64,000 nucleotides of DNA, from the NCBI RefSeq assembly GCF_902652985.1, contig NC_047032.1:5580001-5644000 (forward strand), written 5' to 3'. The notes under the pieces were generated by a model. The model saw only the letters and a list, made by a program, of their open reading frames with translations, did not search any database and was not told the DNA's origin. The position numbers and the translations under genes were made by a program. Positions within the stretch are counted from its first letter, which is position 1. Each line of letters starts with the position of its first letter. Source of the stretch: Pecten maximus. Lineage: Eukaryota. Positions 9,432-23,952 of this stretch are shown piece after piece.

Positions 9432-11778
9432 ACTAGGTTTGTAATTAGTATCCCACCAGTATTACTAGAGGGGACCATATGTCTGTAATTAGTCCCCGAC
9501 AGTACTACCAGAGGGGACTATAGGTCTGTAATTAGTCCCCCATCAGTACTACCAGAGAGGGCTATAGGTCTGTAATTAGTCCCCACCAGTTACTACCAGA
9601 GAGGGCTATAGGTTTGTAATTAGTATCCCACCTGTACTACCAGAGGGGACTATAGGTCTGTAACTAGTCCCCACCAGTGCTACCAGAGGGGACTATAGGT
9701 ATGTAACTAGTCCCCCACCAGTACTACCAGAGGGGACTATAGGTCTGTAATTAGTCCCCCATCAGTACTACCAGAGAGGGCTATAGGTCTGTAATTAGTC
9801 CCCACCAGTTACTACCAGAGGGGACTATAGGTCTGTAATTAGTCCCCACCAGTACTACCAGAGGGGACTATAGGTCTGTAATTAGTCCCCCATCAGTACT
9901 ACCAGAGAGGGCTATATAGGTCTGTAATTAGTCCCCCCACCAGTACTACCAGAGGGGACTATAGGTCTGTAATTAGTCCCCACCAGTACTACCAGAGGGG
10001 ACTATAGGTCTGTAATTAGTCCCCCCAGTACTACCAGAGGAGAATATAGGTTTGTAATTAGTCCCCACCAGTACTACCAGAGAGGGCTATAGGTTTGTAA
10101 TTAGTCCCACCAGTACTACCAGAGGAGAATATAGGTTTGTAATTAGTCCCTACCAGTACTACCAGAGGGGACTATAGGTTTGTAATTATTCCCCCATCAG
10201 TACTACCAGAGGGGACTGTAGGTCTGTAATTAGTCCCCCACCAGTTACTACCAGAGGGGACTATAGGTCTGCAATTAGTCCCCACCAGTACTACCAGAGG
10301 GGACTATAGGTCTGTAATTAGTCCCCACCTGTACTACCAGAGGGGACTATAGGTCTGTAATTAGTCCCCACCAGTACTACCAGAGGGGACTATAGGTCTG
10401 TAATTAGTCCCCACCAGTTACTACCAGAGGGGACTATAGGTTTGTAATTAGTCCCCACCAGTACTACCAGAGGGGACTATAGGTCTGTAATTAGTCCCCC
10501 ACCAGTTACTACCAGAGGGGACTATAGGTCTGTAATTAGTCCCCACCAGTACTACCAGAGGGGACTATAGGTCTGTAATTAGTCCCCCCAGTACTACCAG
10601 AGGGGACTATAGGTCTGTAATTAGTCCCCACCAGTACTACCAGAGGGGACTATAGGTCTGTAATTAGTCCCCCACCAGTTACTACCAGAGGGGACTATAG
10701 GTCTGTAATTAGTCCCCACCAGTACTACCAGAGGGGACTATAGGTCTGTAATTAGTCCCCACCAGTTACTACCAGAGGGGACTATAGGTCTGTAATTAGT
10801 CCCCCCAGTACTACCAGAGGGGACTATAGGTCTGTAATTAGTCCCCCACCAGTTACTACCAGAGGGGACTATAGGTCTGTAATTAGTCCCCCACCAGTGC
10901 TACCAGAGGGGACTATAGGTCGGTAATTAGTCCCCCATCAGTACTACCAGAGAGGGCTATAGGTCTGTAATTAGTCCCCACCAGTACTACCAGAGGGGGC
11001 TTTAGGTTTGTAATTAGTCCCCACCAGTACTACCAGAGGGGACTATAGGTCTGTAATTAGTCCCCCACCAGTTACTACCAGAGGGGACTATAGGTCTGTA
11101 ATTAGTCCCCACCAGTACTACCAGAGGGGACTATAGGTCTGTAATTAGTCCCCACCAGTTACTACCAGAGGGGACTATAGGTTTGTAATTAGTCCCCACC
11201 AGTACTACCAGAGGGGACTATAGGTCTGTAATTAGTCCCCCACCAGTTACTACCAGAGGGGACTATAGGTCTGTAATTAGTCCCCCACCTGTACTACCAG
11301 AGGTGACTATAGGTCTGTAATTAGTCCCCACCAGTTACTACCAGAGGGGACTATAGGTCTGTAATTAGTCCCCACCAGTACTACCAGAGGGGACTATAGG
11401 TCTGTAATTAGTCCCCCCAGTACTACCAGAGGGGACTATAGGTCTGTAATTAGTCCCCCACCAGTACTACCAGAGGTGACTATAGGTCTGTAATTAGTCC
11501 CCCATCAGTACTACCAGAGAGGGCTATAGGTCTGTAATTAGTCCCCACCAGTTACTACCAGAGGGGACTATAGGTCTGTAATTAGTCCCCCATCAGTACT
11601 ACCAGAGAGGGCTATAGGTCTGTAATTAGTCCCCCATCAGTACTACCAGAGAGGGCTATAGGTCTGTAATTAGTCCCCACCAGTTACTACCAGAGGGGAC
11701 TATAGGTCGGTAATTAGTCCCCCACCAGTTACTACCAGAGGGGACTATAGGTCTGTAATTAGTCCCCCACCAGTACTA
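9432..11778. repeat. ~43-bp minisatellite with internal hairpin
   Basis: Unit GTACTACCAGAGGGGACTATAGGTCTGTAATTAGTCCCCACCA, with inverted arms GGGGACTA/TAGTCCCC. Confidence 0.97.
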
Positions 11779-13564
11779 ATTTTGGTCATTCCATTATTCA
11801 TTTCATGTTAGATATAACAAAGTTAACTAATGTATCATGACCTAACCTTGTGATATCATTGTCGATCTCATATGTATTCATTACAAGCTTACTACCATAT
11901 ACTGCTGACAGAATCATGCGACTGGACTATCCTATAACTTATCTTTTGTCATATTCCATCTAACAGCATAATATTATATGTACATGTTATATATGTTATA
12001 CGGCATAAACTTTTGCATCTTAAAGCTTCAAAGCAAATGTAGTTAGATTTATGTGTATAGATGTAAATTTTATTTTTTTTCATTCGTAGATATATGTACA
12101 GGTTTCTGCATTCCTTCATTGTTGATGCGCAGATATCTCTTGCTTTGGCCGTAGAACAAATTATCCTCCATCTTACGAGTTATCTCCCCTTGTATGAGGT
12201 ATTGTCTGCTAATGTCTTATTTATATTTATGAGTTATCTCCCTTCGTAGAAGGTTTTGTTTATTGTGTGCTAATGTCATTTTCAGAAAAAAAAGAAATTT
12301 GAAAATTATTTGGATCTCTCGACAGGTTTTCACAAGATTTTCCAAAAACAAAAAGTAGAAGATCAAATCCTGAAAAAATATTATTAAATAATGTATTTAT
12401 AGAGGTTACACAATGAGTGGTTGTTGGATATAGAAGATATTTCACCCGAGTAAGTTATTTTTTTAAAGTTACAAAAGACACAAACTTTGGCTAGTGTCAT
12501 TTGTAACTTTTGTAAAAAATAAAAAACAAAAAAGACTGGCACCTGCTGAAAGATTTCTTAGAATATGAAGAGAAATATGGAAATGACACTGTAAGTTATG
12601 AAGAATGCCATCCTGCCTCATATCAAAACCTAGCAGCATTCCTCAACACGGTTTCCTGGCTAAGAGATATCAGCGACTTTGATTTGTACATGTATAAGTA
12701 AATTTAGACTACATACATCAAAGACTTGTGTATATTTACAATGTTGTATGGTGTCTGTTGCTTATTTTCTCCCCAGATTAAACCATTTCTTCCTGGATAA
12801 CTTCATGTTGACTTTACCTGGACACATTTAAAACCCAATATGATACCAATACTGCTTCAATTTGCCTTTAAATTGATTTATTTGGGCCGAAAAGGTGTTT
12901 GTGATACTCATGGGGTTTGTTGACGAACCTTGTCGCTGTACATAGTTTGATGATCAGACAAATCCTTACCTGTAAATTGGTGATGGGACCAGCTACCATA
13001 ACAACAGAAAGCTTGTGCTGTATTAGATGTGATATTCCTTCAGCATCTAGAATCATGACAGAGGTTTGATTGAGGAAGATATTCAAACATATGTCGCACA
13101 AATACAAACTGTATCTATAGGATTTGTTTGCTGTATGCATCAGTGAAATTAGATTTTGTTGGATATTTTGATTTAAGTAGAATATATTGGTATAGAGACA
13201 ATTTGCCAAACAAATTAAGCTTAATAAATTTCAACAAAATTTTTGTGTTTTTTATTTATTTTTTATTTCATCAAGATTATTCTCCATCCATCTTTCTGTT
13301 CACCAACAACTTGTTTGGTTTCAGGGTTAGCTCTATTTGGCCTACAGTTCATTAAGAATAGTTCTGTAGTACTAATGTACTGCAGTTTGAGAAAAACATT
13401 TTTTCAAAACAAAACAAAGCCAGTTATACTTGAGATCTAACTATAATTTGTGAATTTTCAATTAAAAAAAAGATGTTTGCAACAAGGAAACACTGATGTA
13501 GGCATTAAAACGACAACCAGGACTTGTGTTGTCTAGGAGGAATAACCAATTATCATGACTCAGT

Positions 13565-16500
13565 CCTCTCCATGTCCTAGTGGACAGTGATATGCCCCTC
13601 CGTGTCCTAGTGGACAGGGACATGCCCCTCCATGTCCTAGTATGCCCCTTCATGTCCTAGTGGACAGGGACATGCCCCTCCATGTTTAAGTGGACAGAGA
13701 CATGCCCCTCCATGTCCTAGTATGCCCCTTCATGTCCTAGTGGACAGGGACATGCCCCTCCGTGTCCTAGTGGACAGGGACATGCCCCTCCGTGTCCTAG
13801 TGGACAGGGACATGCCCCTCCGTGTCCTAGTGGACGGGGACATGCCCCTCCATGTCCTAGTATGCCCCTTCATGTCCTAGTGGACAGGGACATGCCCCTC
13901 CATGTTTAAGTGGACAGGGACATGCCTCTCCATGTCCTAGTATGCCCCTCCATGTCCTAGTGGACAGGGACATGCCTCTCCATGTCCTAGTATGCCCCTC
14001 CATGTCCAAGTGGACAGGGACATGCCCCTCCATGTTTTAGTGGACAGGGACAGGGACATGCCCCTCCATGTTTTAGTGGACAGGGACATGTCCCTCCGTG
14101 TTTTAGTGGACAGGGACATGTTCTAGTGGACAGGGACATGCCCCTCCATGTTTTAGTGGACAGGGACATGTCCCTCCGTGTCCTAGTGGACAGGGACATG
14201 CTCCTCCATGTTTTAGTGGACAGGGACATGTTCTAGTGGACAGGGACATGCCCCTCCATGTTTTAGTGGACAAGGACATGTCCCTCCGTGTCCTAGTGGA
14301 CAGGGACATGCCTCTGTGTCATAGTGGACAGGGACATGTCCCTCCGTGTTTTAGTGGACAGGGACATTCCCCTGTGTGTCATAGTGGACAGCGACATGCT
14401 TCTCCATGTCCTAGTATGCCCCTTCATGTTCTAGTGGACAAGGATATGCCCCTCCTTGTCCTAGTGGACAGGGACATGCCCCTTCATGTCCTAGTGGACA
14501 GGGACATGCCCCTCAATGTCCTAGTGGACAGGGACATGCCCCTCCATGTTTTAGTGGACAGGGACATGCCCCTCCATGTTTAAGTGGACAGGGACATGCC
14601 CCTCCATGTTTTAGTGGACAGGGACATGCCTCTCTGTGTCATAGTGGACAGGGACATGCCCCTCCATGTCCTAGTGAACAGGGACATGCCTCAATGTTTT
14701 AGTGGACAGGGACATGCCTCTCTGTGTCATAGTGGACAGGGACATGCCCCTCCATGTCCTAGTGGACAGGGACATGCCCCTCCATGTCCTAGTGGACAGG
14801 GACATGCCTCTCTGTGTCATAGTGGACAGGGACATGCCCCTCCGTGTTGCAGTGGACAGGGACATTCCCCTCCGTGTCAAAGTGGACAGGGAAATGCCTC
14901 TCTGTGTCATAGTGGACAGGGACATGCCTCTCCATGTCCTAGTATGCCCCTTCATGTCCTAGTGGACAGGGACATGCCCCTCCATGTCCTAGTTGACAGG
15001 GATATGCCCCTGCGTGTTTCAGTGGACAGGGACATTCCCCTCCGTGTCCTAGTGGACAGGGATATGCCCCTCCATATCCTAGTGTACAGGGACATGCCTC
15101 TCCATGTCCTAGTGGACAGGGATATCCCCCTCCATGTCCTAGTGGACAGGGACATGCCTCTCCATGTCCTAGTATGCCCCTTCATGTTCTAGTGGACAGG
15201 GACATGTCCCTCCATGTCAAACTGGACAGGGACACGCCCCTCCATGTCCAAATGGACAGGGACATGCCCCTTCATGTCCTAGTGGACAGGGACATGCCCT
15301 CCATGTTCTAGTGGACAGGGACATGCCCCTCCATGTTTTAGTGGACAGGGACATGCCCCTTCATGTCCTAATGGACAGGGACATGTCCCTCCATGTTTTA
15401 GTGGACAGGGACATGCCTCTCCGTGTCCTAGTGGACAGGGTAATGCCCCTCCGTGTTTTAGTGGACAGGGACATGCCCCTTCATGTCCTAGTGGACAGGG
15501 ACATGCCCCTTAATGTCCTAGTGGTCATGGACATGCCCCTCCATGTTTTAGTGGACAGGGACATGCCCCTCCATGTTTTAGTGGACAGGGACATGCCTCT
15601 CTGTGTCATAGTGGACAGGGACATGCCCCTCCATGTCGTAGTGGACAGGGACATGCCTCTCAATGTTTTAGTGGACAGGGACATGCCCCTCCATGTCCTA
15701 GTGGACAGGGATATGCCTCTCTGTGTCATAGTGGACAGGGACATGCCCCTCCGTGTTTTAGTGGACAAGGACATGCCCCTCCATGTCCTAGTGGACAGGG
15801 ACATGCCTCTCTGTGTCAAAGTGGACAGGGACATGTCCCTCCGTGTTGCAGTGGACAGGGACATTCCCCTCCGTGTCAAAGTGAACAGGGACATGCCTCT
15901 CTGTGTCATAGTGGACAGGGACATGCCTCTCCATGTCCTAGTATGCCCTTTCATGTCCTAGTGGACAGGGACATGCCCCTCCATGTCCTAGTTGACAGGG
16001 ATATGCCCCTCCGTGTTTCAGTGGACAGGGACATTCCCCTCCGTGTCCTAGTGGACAGGGATATGCCCCTCCATGTCCTAGTGGACAGGGATATGCCCCT
16101 CCATGTCCTAGTGGACAGGGACATGCTCCTCCGTATTCTAGTGGACAGGGACATGCTCCTCCGTGTCCTAGTGGACAGGGACATGCCTTTCCATTTCATA
16201 GTATGCCCCTTCATGTCCTAGTGGACAGGGACATGCTCCGCCGTGTCCTAGTGGACAGGGACATGCTCCGCCGTGTCCTAGTGGACAGGGACATGCCTCT
16301 TCGTGTTTTAGTGGACAGGGACATGCCCCTCCATGTCCTAGTGGACAGGGATATGCCCCATCCATGTCCTAGTGGACAGGGACATGCCCCTCCATGTTTT
16401 AGTGGACAGGGACATGGCCCTCCGTGTTTTAGTGGACAGGGACATGCCCCTCCATGTCCTAGTGGACAGGGACATGCCCCTCCATGTCCTAGTGGACAGG

Positions 16501-17040
16501 GATATGCCCCTTAATGTCCTAGTGGACAGGGACATGCCTCTCTGTTTCATAGTGGACAGGGACATGCCCCTCTGTGTTTTAGTGGACAGGGACATGCCCC
16601 TCCGTGTTTTAGTGGACAGGGACATGCCTCTCCGTGTTTTAGTGGAGAGGGACATGTCTCGTCATGTCCTAATTGATAGGAATATTCCCCTCCATGTCAT
16701 AGTGGACGGGGACATGCTCCTCTGTGTTCTAGTGGTCAGGGACATGCCCCTCCATGTCCTAGTGGACAGGGACATGCCCCTTCATGTCCTAATGGACAGG
16801 GACATGCCCCTCCATGTCCTAGTGGACAGGGACATGCCCCTTCATGTCCTAGTGGACAGGAACATGTCCCTCCATGTCCTAGTAGACAGGGACATGCCCT
16901 CCGTGTTCTAGTGGACAGGGACATTCCCCTCCGTGTTTTAGTGGACAGGGACATGCCCCTCTGTGTCAAAGTGGACAGGGACATGCTCCTCTGTGTTTTA
17001 GTGGACAGGGACATGCCCCTCCGTGTTCTAGTGAACAAGG
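13565..17040. repeat. 30-bp minisatellite, subtype A
   Basis: Unit CTAGTGGACAGGGACATGCCCCTCCATGTC, with occasional shortened units. Confidence 0.97.
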
Positions 17041-17162
17041 TTGTTTCCCTTAATGCTCTAATGGACAAGGAAATACCTTGCGTATCTCAAGTGAACAAGT
17101 GAATTCCTCACCATTTTCTAGCAGACAACAGGATTTCTCATCATGGTCTATTGGACAAGGAC

Positions 17163-18160
17163 ACTAGTCTCCATTCTCTAGTGGACAAGGGGATTCCTCT
17201 CCATTCTCTAGTAGACATGGGGATTCCTCTCCTTTCTCTAGTGGACAAGGGGATTCCTCTCCATTCTCTAGTAGACAAGGGAATACCTCTCCTTTCTCTA
17301 GCGGACAAGGGATTCCTCTCCTTTCTCTAGTGGACAACGGGATTCCTCTCCATTCTCTAGTGGACAAGGGAATACCTCTCCTTTCTCTAGTGGACAACGG
17401 GATTCCTCTCCATTCTCTAGTGGACAAGGGAATACCTCCCCATTCTCTAGTGGACAAGGGAATACCTCTCCATTCTCTAGTGGACAAGGGGATTTCTCTC
17501 CTTTCTCTAGTGGACAAAGGGATTCCTCTCCTTTCTCTAGTGGACAAGGGGATTCCTCTCCTTTCTCTAGTGGACAAGGGGATTCCTCTCCATTCTCTAG
17601 TGGACAAGGGGATACCTCTCCTTTCTCTAGTGGACAAGGGAATACCTCTCCTTTCTCTAGTGGACAAGGGAATACCTTTCCTTTCTCTAGTGGACAAGGG
17701 AATTCCCCTCCATTCTCTAGTGGACAAGGGGATTTCTCTCCTTTCTCTAGTGGACAACGGGATACCTCTCCTTTCTCTAGTGGACAAGGGGATTCCCCTC
17801 CATTCTCTAGTGGACAAGGGGATTCCTCTCCTTTCTCTAGTGGACAAGGGGATTCCTCTCCTTTCTCTAGTGGACAAGGGAATACCTCTCCTTTCTCTAG
17901 TGGACAAGGGGATTCCTCTCCTTTCTCTAGTGGACAAGGGAATACCTCTCCTTTCTCTAGTGGACAAGGGGATTCCTCTCCTTTCTCTAGTGGACAAGGG
18001 AATACCTCTCCTTTCTCTAGTGGACAAAGGAATACCTCTCCTTTCTCTAGTGGACAAGGGGATACCTCTCCTTTCTCTAGTGGACAAGGGGATTCCTCTC
18101 CTTTCTCTAGTGGACAAGGGAATACCTCTCCTTTCTCTAGTGGACAAGGGGATTCCTCTC
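17163..18160. repeat. 30-bp minisatellite, subtype B
   Basis: Unit CTAGTGGACAAGGGGATTCCTCTCCTTTCT; shares the CTAGTGGACA core and the period with subtype A. Confidence 0.97.
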
Positions 18161-18175
18161 ATTTCATTTGACAGA

Positions 18176-18300
18176 AATCTAGTGATATTCCTGATATTGT
18201 CTACTAAATCTAGTGATATTGTCTACTAAATCTAGTGATATTGTCTACTAAATCTAGTGATATTCCTGATATTGTCTACTAAATCTAGTGATATTTCTGA
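18176..18300. repeat. Short 22/31-bp tandem repeat
   Basis: AAATCTAGTGATATT(CCTGATATT)GTCTACT, ~4-5 copies. Confidence 0.8.
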
Positions 18301-18619
18301 CCGATTCACATTAGCACCACCAAATGTAATTTGAATGTTGTATGTCCAACAGTGAAATCTCCCACACAAACTCATTATCTGTGCATTATTAACATATAAT
18401 TCCATATTCTTTGGGGGACTGTTATTCACCAAATCTAAATGTTGTTAACAGCATTTGATTTTAGAATTCCTTGTTATATTTGAATATTTTATGCATTTTA
18501 TGACAAGAATCAATGTCACAGGAGTATATTGTACCTGTCCTTTGTTACTGTGGTTACCATTTACAAGAATTTATATTTTCAATGTATGAAGTCCTGGATA
18601 ATAATTAACAAAACAAGTA

Positions 18620-21600
18620 TGAAGTTTGTATATATATATTTTATTTTTTTTCTGTAACTACAAATGTACTATGGACATCAAAATCAGAAACATTCTTGTA
18701 TTCACAGATCGACACTCACATTAGTCAAAATGAAAATGTTTGTCATTGTTAACAATAATATTACATGATGATTAGATACATGATGAAGAAAACCATGAAA
18801 GTAGTCGATGACACAACAGCTATCAAATGCTGATAGTAGGTCAAGCATAAAATTCAATATTAGAGGAGAGCAAAGAAATTTGTAAGGAAAAGATGAGATA
18901 AGATGGCAATATATATATAGGGAACAGCAGCTAGAACAGAGAGTTGAGCCTATTTATAGATAACAATAACCCTTGTTTGTAGGCAATAGAATTCGTGTCT
19001 TGACAGAAATTTTACTCAATAAACTGGCTGATCAGAGAGCATCAACATAAGCCATGTTTGCATGTATGCCAACTGAAGGTTCAACTTCACAAAGCAATAA
19101 TTTCACCTTCACTTAAATTCCCAACTAAGGAAAACATTGCACAAGTTCAGAACCCAGTTTTACGACTGCTCCTGAACTTCCACAGGAAGGCCTTACAGAG
19201 CAATGTGAACCATGAACTTATATCAAATAATGCCATTGAAAACTTCCTTAATCAATTCAGGAATTATGATGAAAATTACTCCCAAGAAATCCACTTAATT
19301 TTAGAAACCTCAAATAACTTAAAACTTTTTCTTCACAGCTTGCGTTAATGGCTAGTGTTGGCTAGTGGTAGAAAGTTCCCACAGACAAGGGTTGCTGTCA
19401 CCACTTATAGGCACCTGAGCTAAAACATCCTTTTAAGTGTTGTATGCTTTAATCATTAATTGATCTACATATTGGCTAAAATTGTCTTGGACGGTTTTGG
19501 ACAAAAAGCTAATTTTTGGAATAGCAACAAAGGAAGAAACAGTTTTAAATCCAAAATTCATGAATATTCATTATGGCAATAAGCAAGAGAAGGGAATAAT
19601 ATTTTCATTTGAATTTGTTTTGTATGCAGGTTCCTGAGAATTTATCAGAATCTCCCTTACATCATACAAATATGCCAAAGTCTGACTAGCCCAAGGCACT
19701 AATTAGTCTGTAGGCTTTAAACCCAAACAACTATGAGATGAGTCTCACAAAGCAAGTGAATATCTTGAATATATGCATTTCTGTATTTGCATCTTTCAGA
19801 GGAAGTACTTGTAAACTGATTAAATATTATTGTTTATTTACTTTCATCGAATCTCTAAATCTGTTTCATCTGATGATCATTACTTTTAACCACTTCAAAC
19901 AAAGACATTCATTCATGAAAAAAGTTGTCTTAGATTATTTTAACAAGTCTGAACAGAACCAGACTCTTCCCTTGGACACAAATTTGTAAGAGTAGAAAAC
20001 AATTTGACAAGCAAGGGAATTGAATTTTTCACACAAAAAAAACCCCATTGAAAACCTCAACTAAATGCTAGAAGCTAGGTTTGATTGAATTTCACAGAAA
20101 ACACTTTATAATCTCATTTTACAACCATAATATACAGAATGTATACATTTTTGTTCTTTGCCCCCTCCCCCAAATCAACCAGCCCCCAACAATAAACATC
20201 CAAGTAACTTCTCTACATCACAATGACAAAGTTCTAATAGTGAAATTTTGAATATTGCAATAACATTTTTTTGCTATTTTTCTCAAAATGAATAAAATCT
20301 AAAGAAGATATACTTGAAATTGTAAAAATTTCTAATGCTTTAGGAAGGAAGGCAATGTCTTAAAAGTTGATTATCATTATCATCCTTCCTCCAGAAACTC
20401 GGCTAGCTGTCCATCAATCGGACAAGCTGGCGGAGATTTAAGGAGCAAGAATGGTTAATGTACAAGACATAAGAAGGAACATATGGTAGACAAGACAACA
20501 CATTATGTTAATAAATAGACAATTATAGGAAGACCTTGCCTACCCTTAACAGCCTCAATGGCATAGCCCTGTAAAAGACAAGGAGATTCCATTGAGATAT
20601 ATAAGGGATGACTATGAATAGAAAATGTTTAAAACCTTTCTTCCAATAACTGTAAATGTACTGGCACAAATTTAAAAGATTAAAACTTATCCAATGAGAC
20701 ACAATTGATAAGTAAAGGGAAAAAGGGTTGGTACAAACATACCAATATCTTGCATCATCTTCTCCATATTACAACCTTCCAAAGTTATCATAGTTTCAGA
20801 TTTTACCAAATCAAAAGGATATGGAATGCTACTTAAAAATGATCAATTAATGTACTATTATCTGATTTAGATCAAAGACTTAAAAGTAGAATTAAAAAGA
20901 TTTGGCATATTGATACTTCCTCTTTGATTGATCGGGCATCCACATAAATGCCAGATGTTTTAATGCAAAACATGATTTCCTGTTTAAAGTTGAATGAAAT
21001 AAATCACTTCTTAATTCTGCACAACTATGTGACAACCGATTTGTCAATAATTTTTTTTTATTTTAAACATTTCGTTTCTTATTTATTTTTTGCACACTCT
21101 CACGTTAATAATTCTCACATCTCCTTATACATCAGGTGATGGGAAACATGTTTGAAAACTAAGCATGTGATGATTATGGACTCATAAAAAGTTCTCTAGC
21201 TGTGATAATGTGACATGAAGATATGTGGTATTACATTTAACATGGAGATATTCTAGTACACTCGTTAAGGCCTGGTCATGGCACCAGATCAAGTTTTTAT
21301 CTATAATTATGCAAGCTTCCTTTAAAGCTACCCATTTCATTGCTGAAAATAAAATAGTAAAATTTAAGGAGAAAATAATTTTTTTTATCTTTATTGAAGA
21401 AAACAGGAGAAACTGAACAGGAAAGAAAGAAAAAAGACTTTGTTCTTTGTTTTTCACTGTTAACCTAAAGAATGCCTGAAATAAAGAATTTTTAAAGATT
21501 TTCTAGAATCTTTAGATTGTTCGGACTGCAGGCCACTTCATGGCCTTTTAATCAAGCTATAAGGCCTTCAGGTAACTAAATTCATATTTTCAAACTGGCC

Positions 21601-23788
21601 CATCTCCATTTATCATGAATGCAAAAAATTTCAACAATTCACATTTTAATAAAGTTATAAGATTGTTGAGACCAGATTTTGGGTCAATACTATCAAGGTC
21701 AATGGAATGTTGAAAACCAAATTAAAACATGAGTGACCATGTGCCTTTAAAACGACATAATATTTGATTAGTCTGTCTGATGATAAATCTTAAATTATAC
21801 AACATAATTAATATGAAATGACATGAGGTGAAATGCTATGACAACTTCTACTTGTACTATGTAGTCTAGTATTTACATTGGGTATAGTATCCGATCTGCA
21901 CACTGGATAGAAAATACACAGCCTCACATCAGTATAGCAGATCGATCTACAATTCTACAAGGTACCAAAAACTTCAGGGAAACGTGCCATTAACACATAC
22001 AATGTTAATCTAGACTTAATTCAAAATTTTCAACATACTCAACATATTGAACTTAGGTGTAGGGCCATGCATCTTAGTTTTTCTTTTGGACCTTCAACAT
22101 TTGATTCAAAAGTAAATATTTCATCAATTACAAGGGTTAAATAACTATGTTTTTATTACCAAAATAAAGAGCAAATACTAGATATATTTTAGTTAACAAC
22201 TAAAAATACCTAAATGAGGAGATTTAAAATTTGGACCAATTTATGAATAAAAGTGTGTACAAGTTTTTGGGGGTTTACAAAATATGGCCAGACAAAAGGA
22301 GAATTCATCTTGTAACTATACAAGACCAACAGCCAAACTTGCCTTTAACAAAATATTTAGAATTTCCAAAAAAAAAAAAAAAAAAAAACTAATTCTTTCC
22401 TATATAAAAGACATGTATTTCAAATTGCATCTGACAAAGAAACTTCAACACGCCTGCCGATCAGCATGCGTTTCAGTCATAAAGTGCGTCAATATTTAAC
22501 ATGTTGCTTTATAGCACTCCCTTACCGACACAGTTACATACAAACAAATTGTGACACATAACATAATAATCATTTCTCCCTGAATTAAAAGACAAAATGA
22601 CAGGACACTTTAGTTGTGTAGTCAAACGATTTCCACATTCCAACATGTAAACGTGATATTTGACCAATTCCTGTTGAAATTGAGTAACTCAAACACATCC
22701 AACAAGTCACTAAGAAAATAGTATTATCAAGATCTGCAACCCAGTTATTACAAACACAATATGCTCTATTTGTTCCAATTCATTTCAAATAAATATTAAA
22801 ACTGAAACATTACCAATATCATTAAGCTTTCTCGATTTTGAATTAATCTTAAAATCATTTCTAGAATAATGTGCATGACAAAATTATGCTAAATGAAGCA
22901 TTAACTTCAGATATAGATTGAACTAAAAAAGGAAATTGTTAAAATTGTTGAATTATAGTAATATCAAAATAATCAAACAATATTACACGATAAAACAGCT
23001 CCCTACTTGAAGAGGAGTGCACTAAATGACCTCTCCATACCTTGATGTACAATTCAGATCCTGTGTGTGTGCAATTAATGAAATATACTTTCATACGAAA
23101 ACTTGTTAACGGCAGTCTGATAAATTGAAATATGTACAGAGTTACAACAGTATAAACTTCATAGTTTCACTGCTTTGTAACATATTAAAATCATTGTCCA
23201 GTCGACATTGACATTTCTTTCATTTTGTTTGTTTGTTCCTTCCGGTGGACGTGCACATCTTAAATTGATGAAGAGCAATATCAGGCTCTCAAAGTCTGTA
23301 TGAAACTCTAGCTGGCTTTCTATGATTTCAATATCATACTGATAATAAATATACAAATAAAAAGGTGTCAAAAATTGATTATAGTATAAAAAATAAAATC
23401 TTGTATGAACAAGTTCACCCGCCCCTCCCACCCGCCGACTGTTCCCTCAGACACCATCAACGGTCATTAAACTTCCAGGATTATTTTCCCAACAGCAGCA
23501 CCATCGCTGTCCCTCAGAAATTTGTCCCCATAGATACTAATTTTGCCCCCGCACACAACATCACCAGAACAGCTATCTTACACTTCAAATGGTCTATATA
23601 TTGCATTGAAATGGAAAAATTTCAGAAAAAATGTTACATTTCTTAGAAATTTTCTTCACGAAAATTGAAATGCTATGTGCCAGGAACTCGGTGGTCTTTC
23701 CCATTGTGGTGTCTATTTGTTTTAGTTTAATTTTTCTGCCAAGCTAGAGATGTAAGGTAAGGTCCATCTCCTTCCCATTGATGTCTGC
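18620..23788 (-). other. Probable long (~5 kb) syndecan 3' UTR
   Basis: AT-rich stretch with no tandem arrays downstream of the stop codon. Minus-strand AATAAA at 18645-18640, followed by a TTGTTTTGTT tract. Other AATAAA hexamers exist, so the end is tentative. Confidence 0.4.
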
Positions 23789-23952
23789 TCACGCATAGAA
23801 CTCTTTTTCTGGTGCTTTCATGTAGGAATAGTTTGTGAATTTCTGTTCTTCCAGGGCATAGCTGCCTTCGTCCTTCTTTCGCATGCGATACACGATGAAC
23901 ATGACCAGAAGTATAGCCCCCAGCAATCCAACCACTGCCCCGGCTATCACAG
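23789..23952 (-). CDS. Sdc: Syndecan TM + cytoplasmic exon
   Basis: [54 protein letters not shown]; acceptor TTCTCTTTACAG. Confidence 0.98.

Noticed and set aside
13462-18229. Long ORFs such as (LVDRDMPLHV)n and (RGIPLSTRER)n
   Set aside because: Translations of a 30-bp unit, open on both strands, with frame-breaking short units and no splice context.
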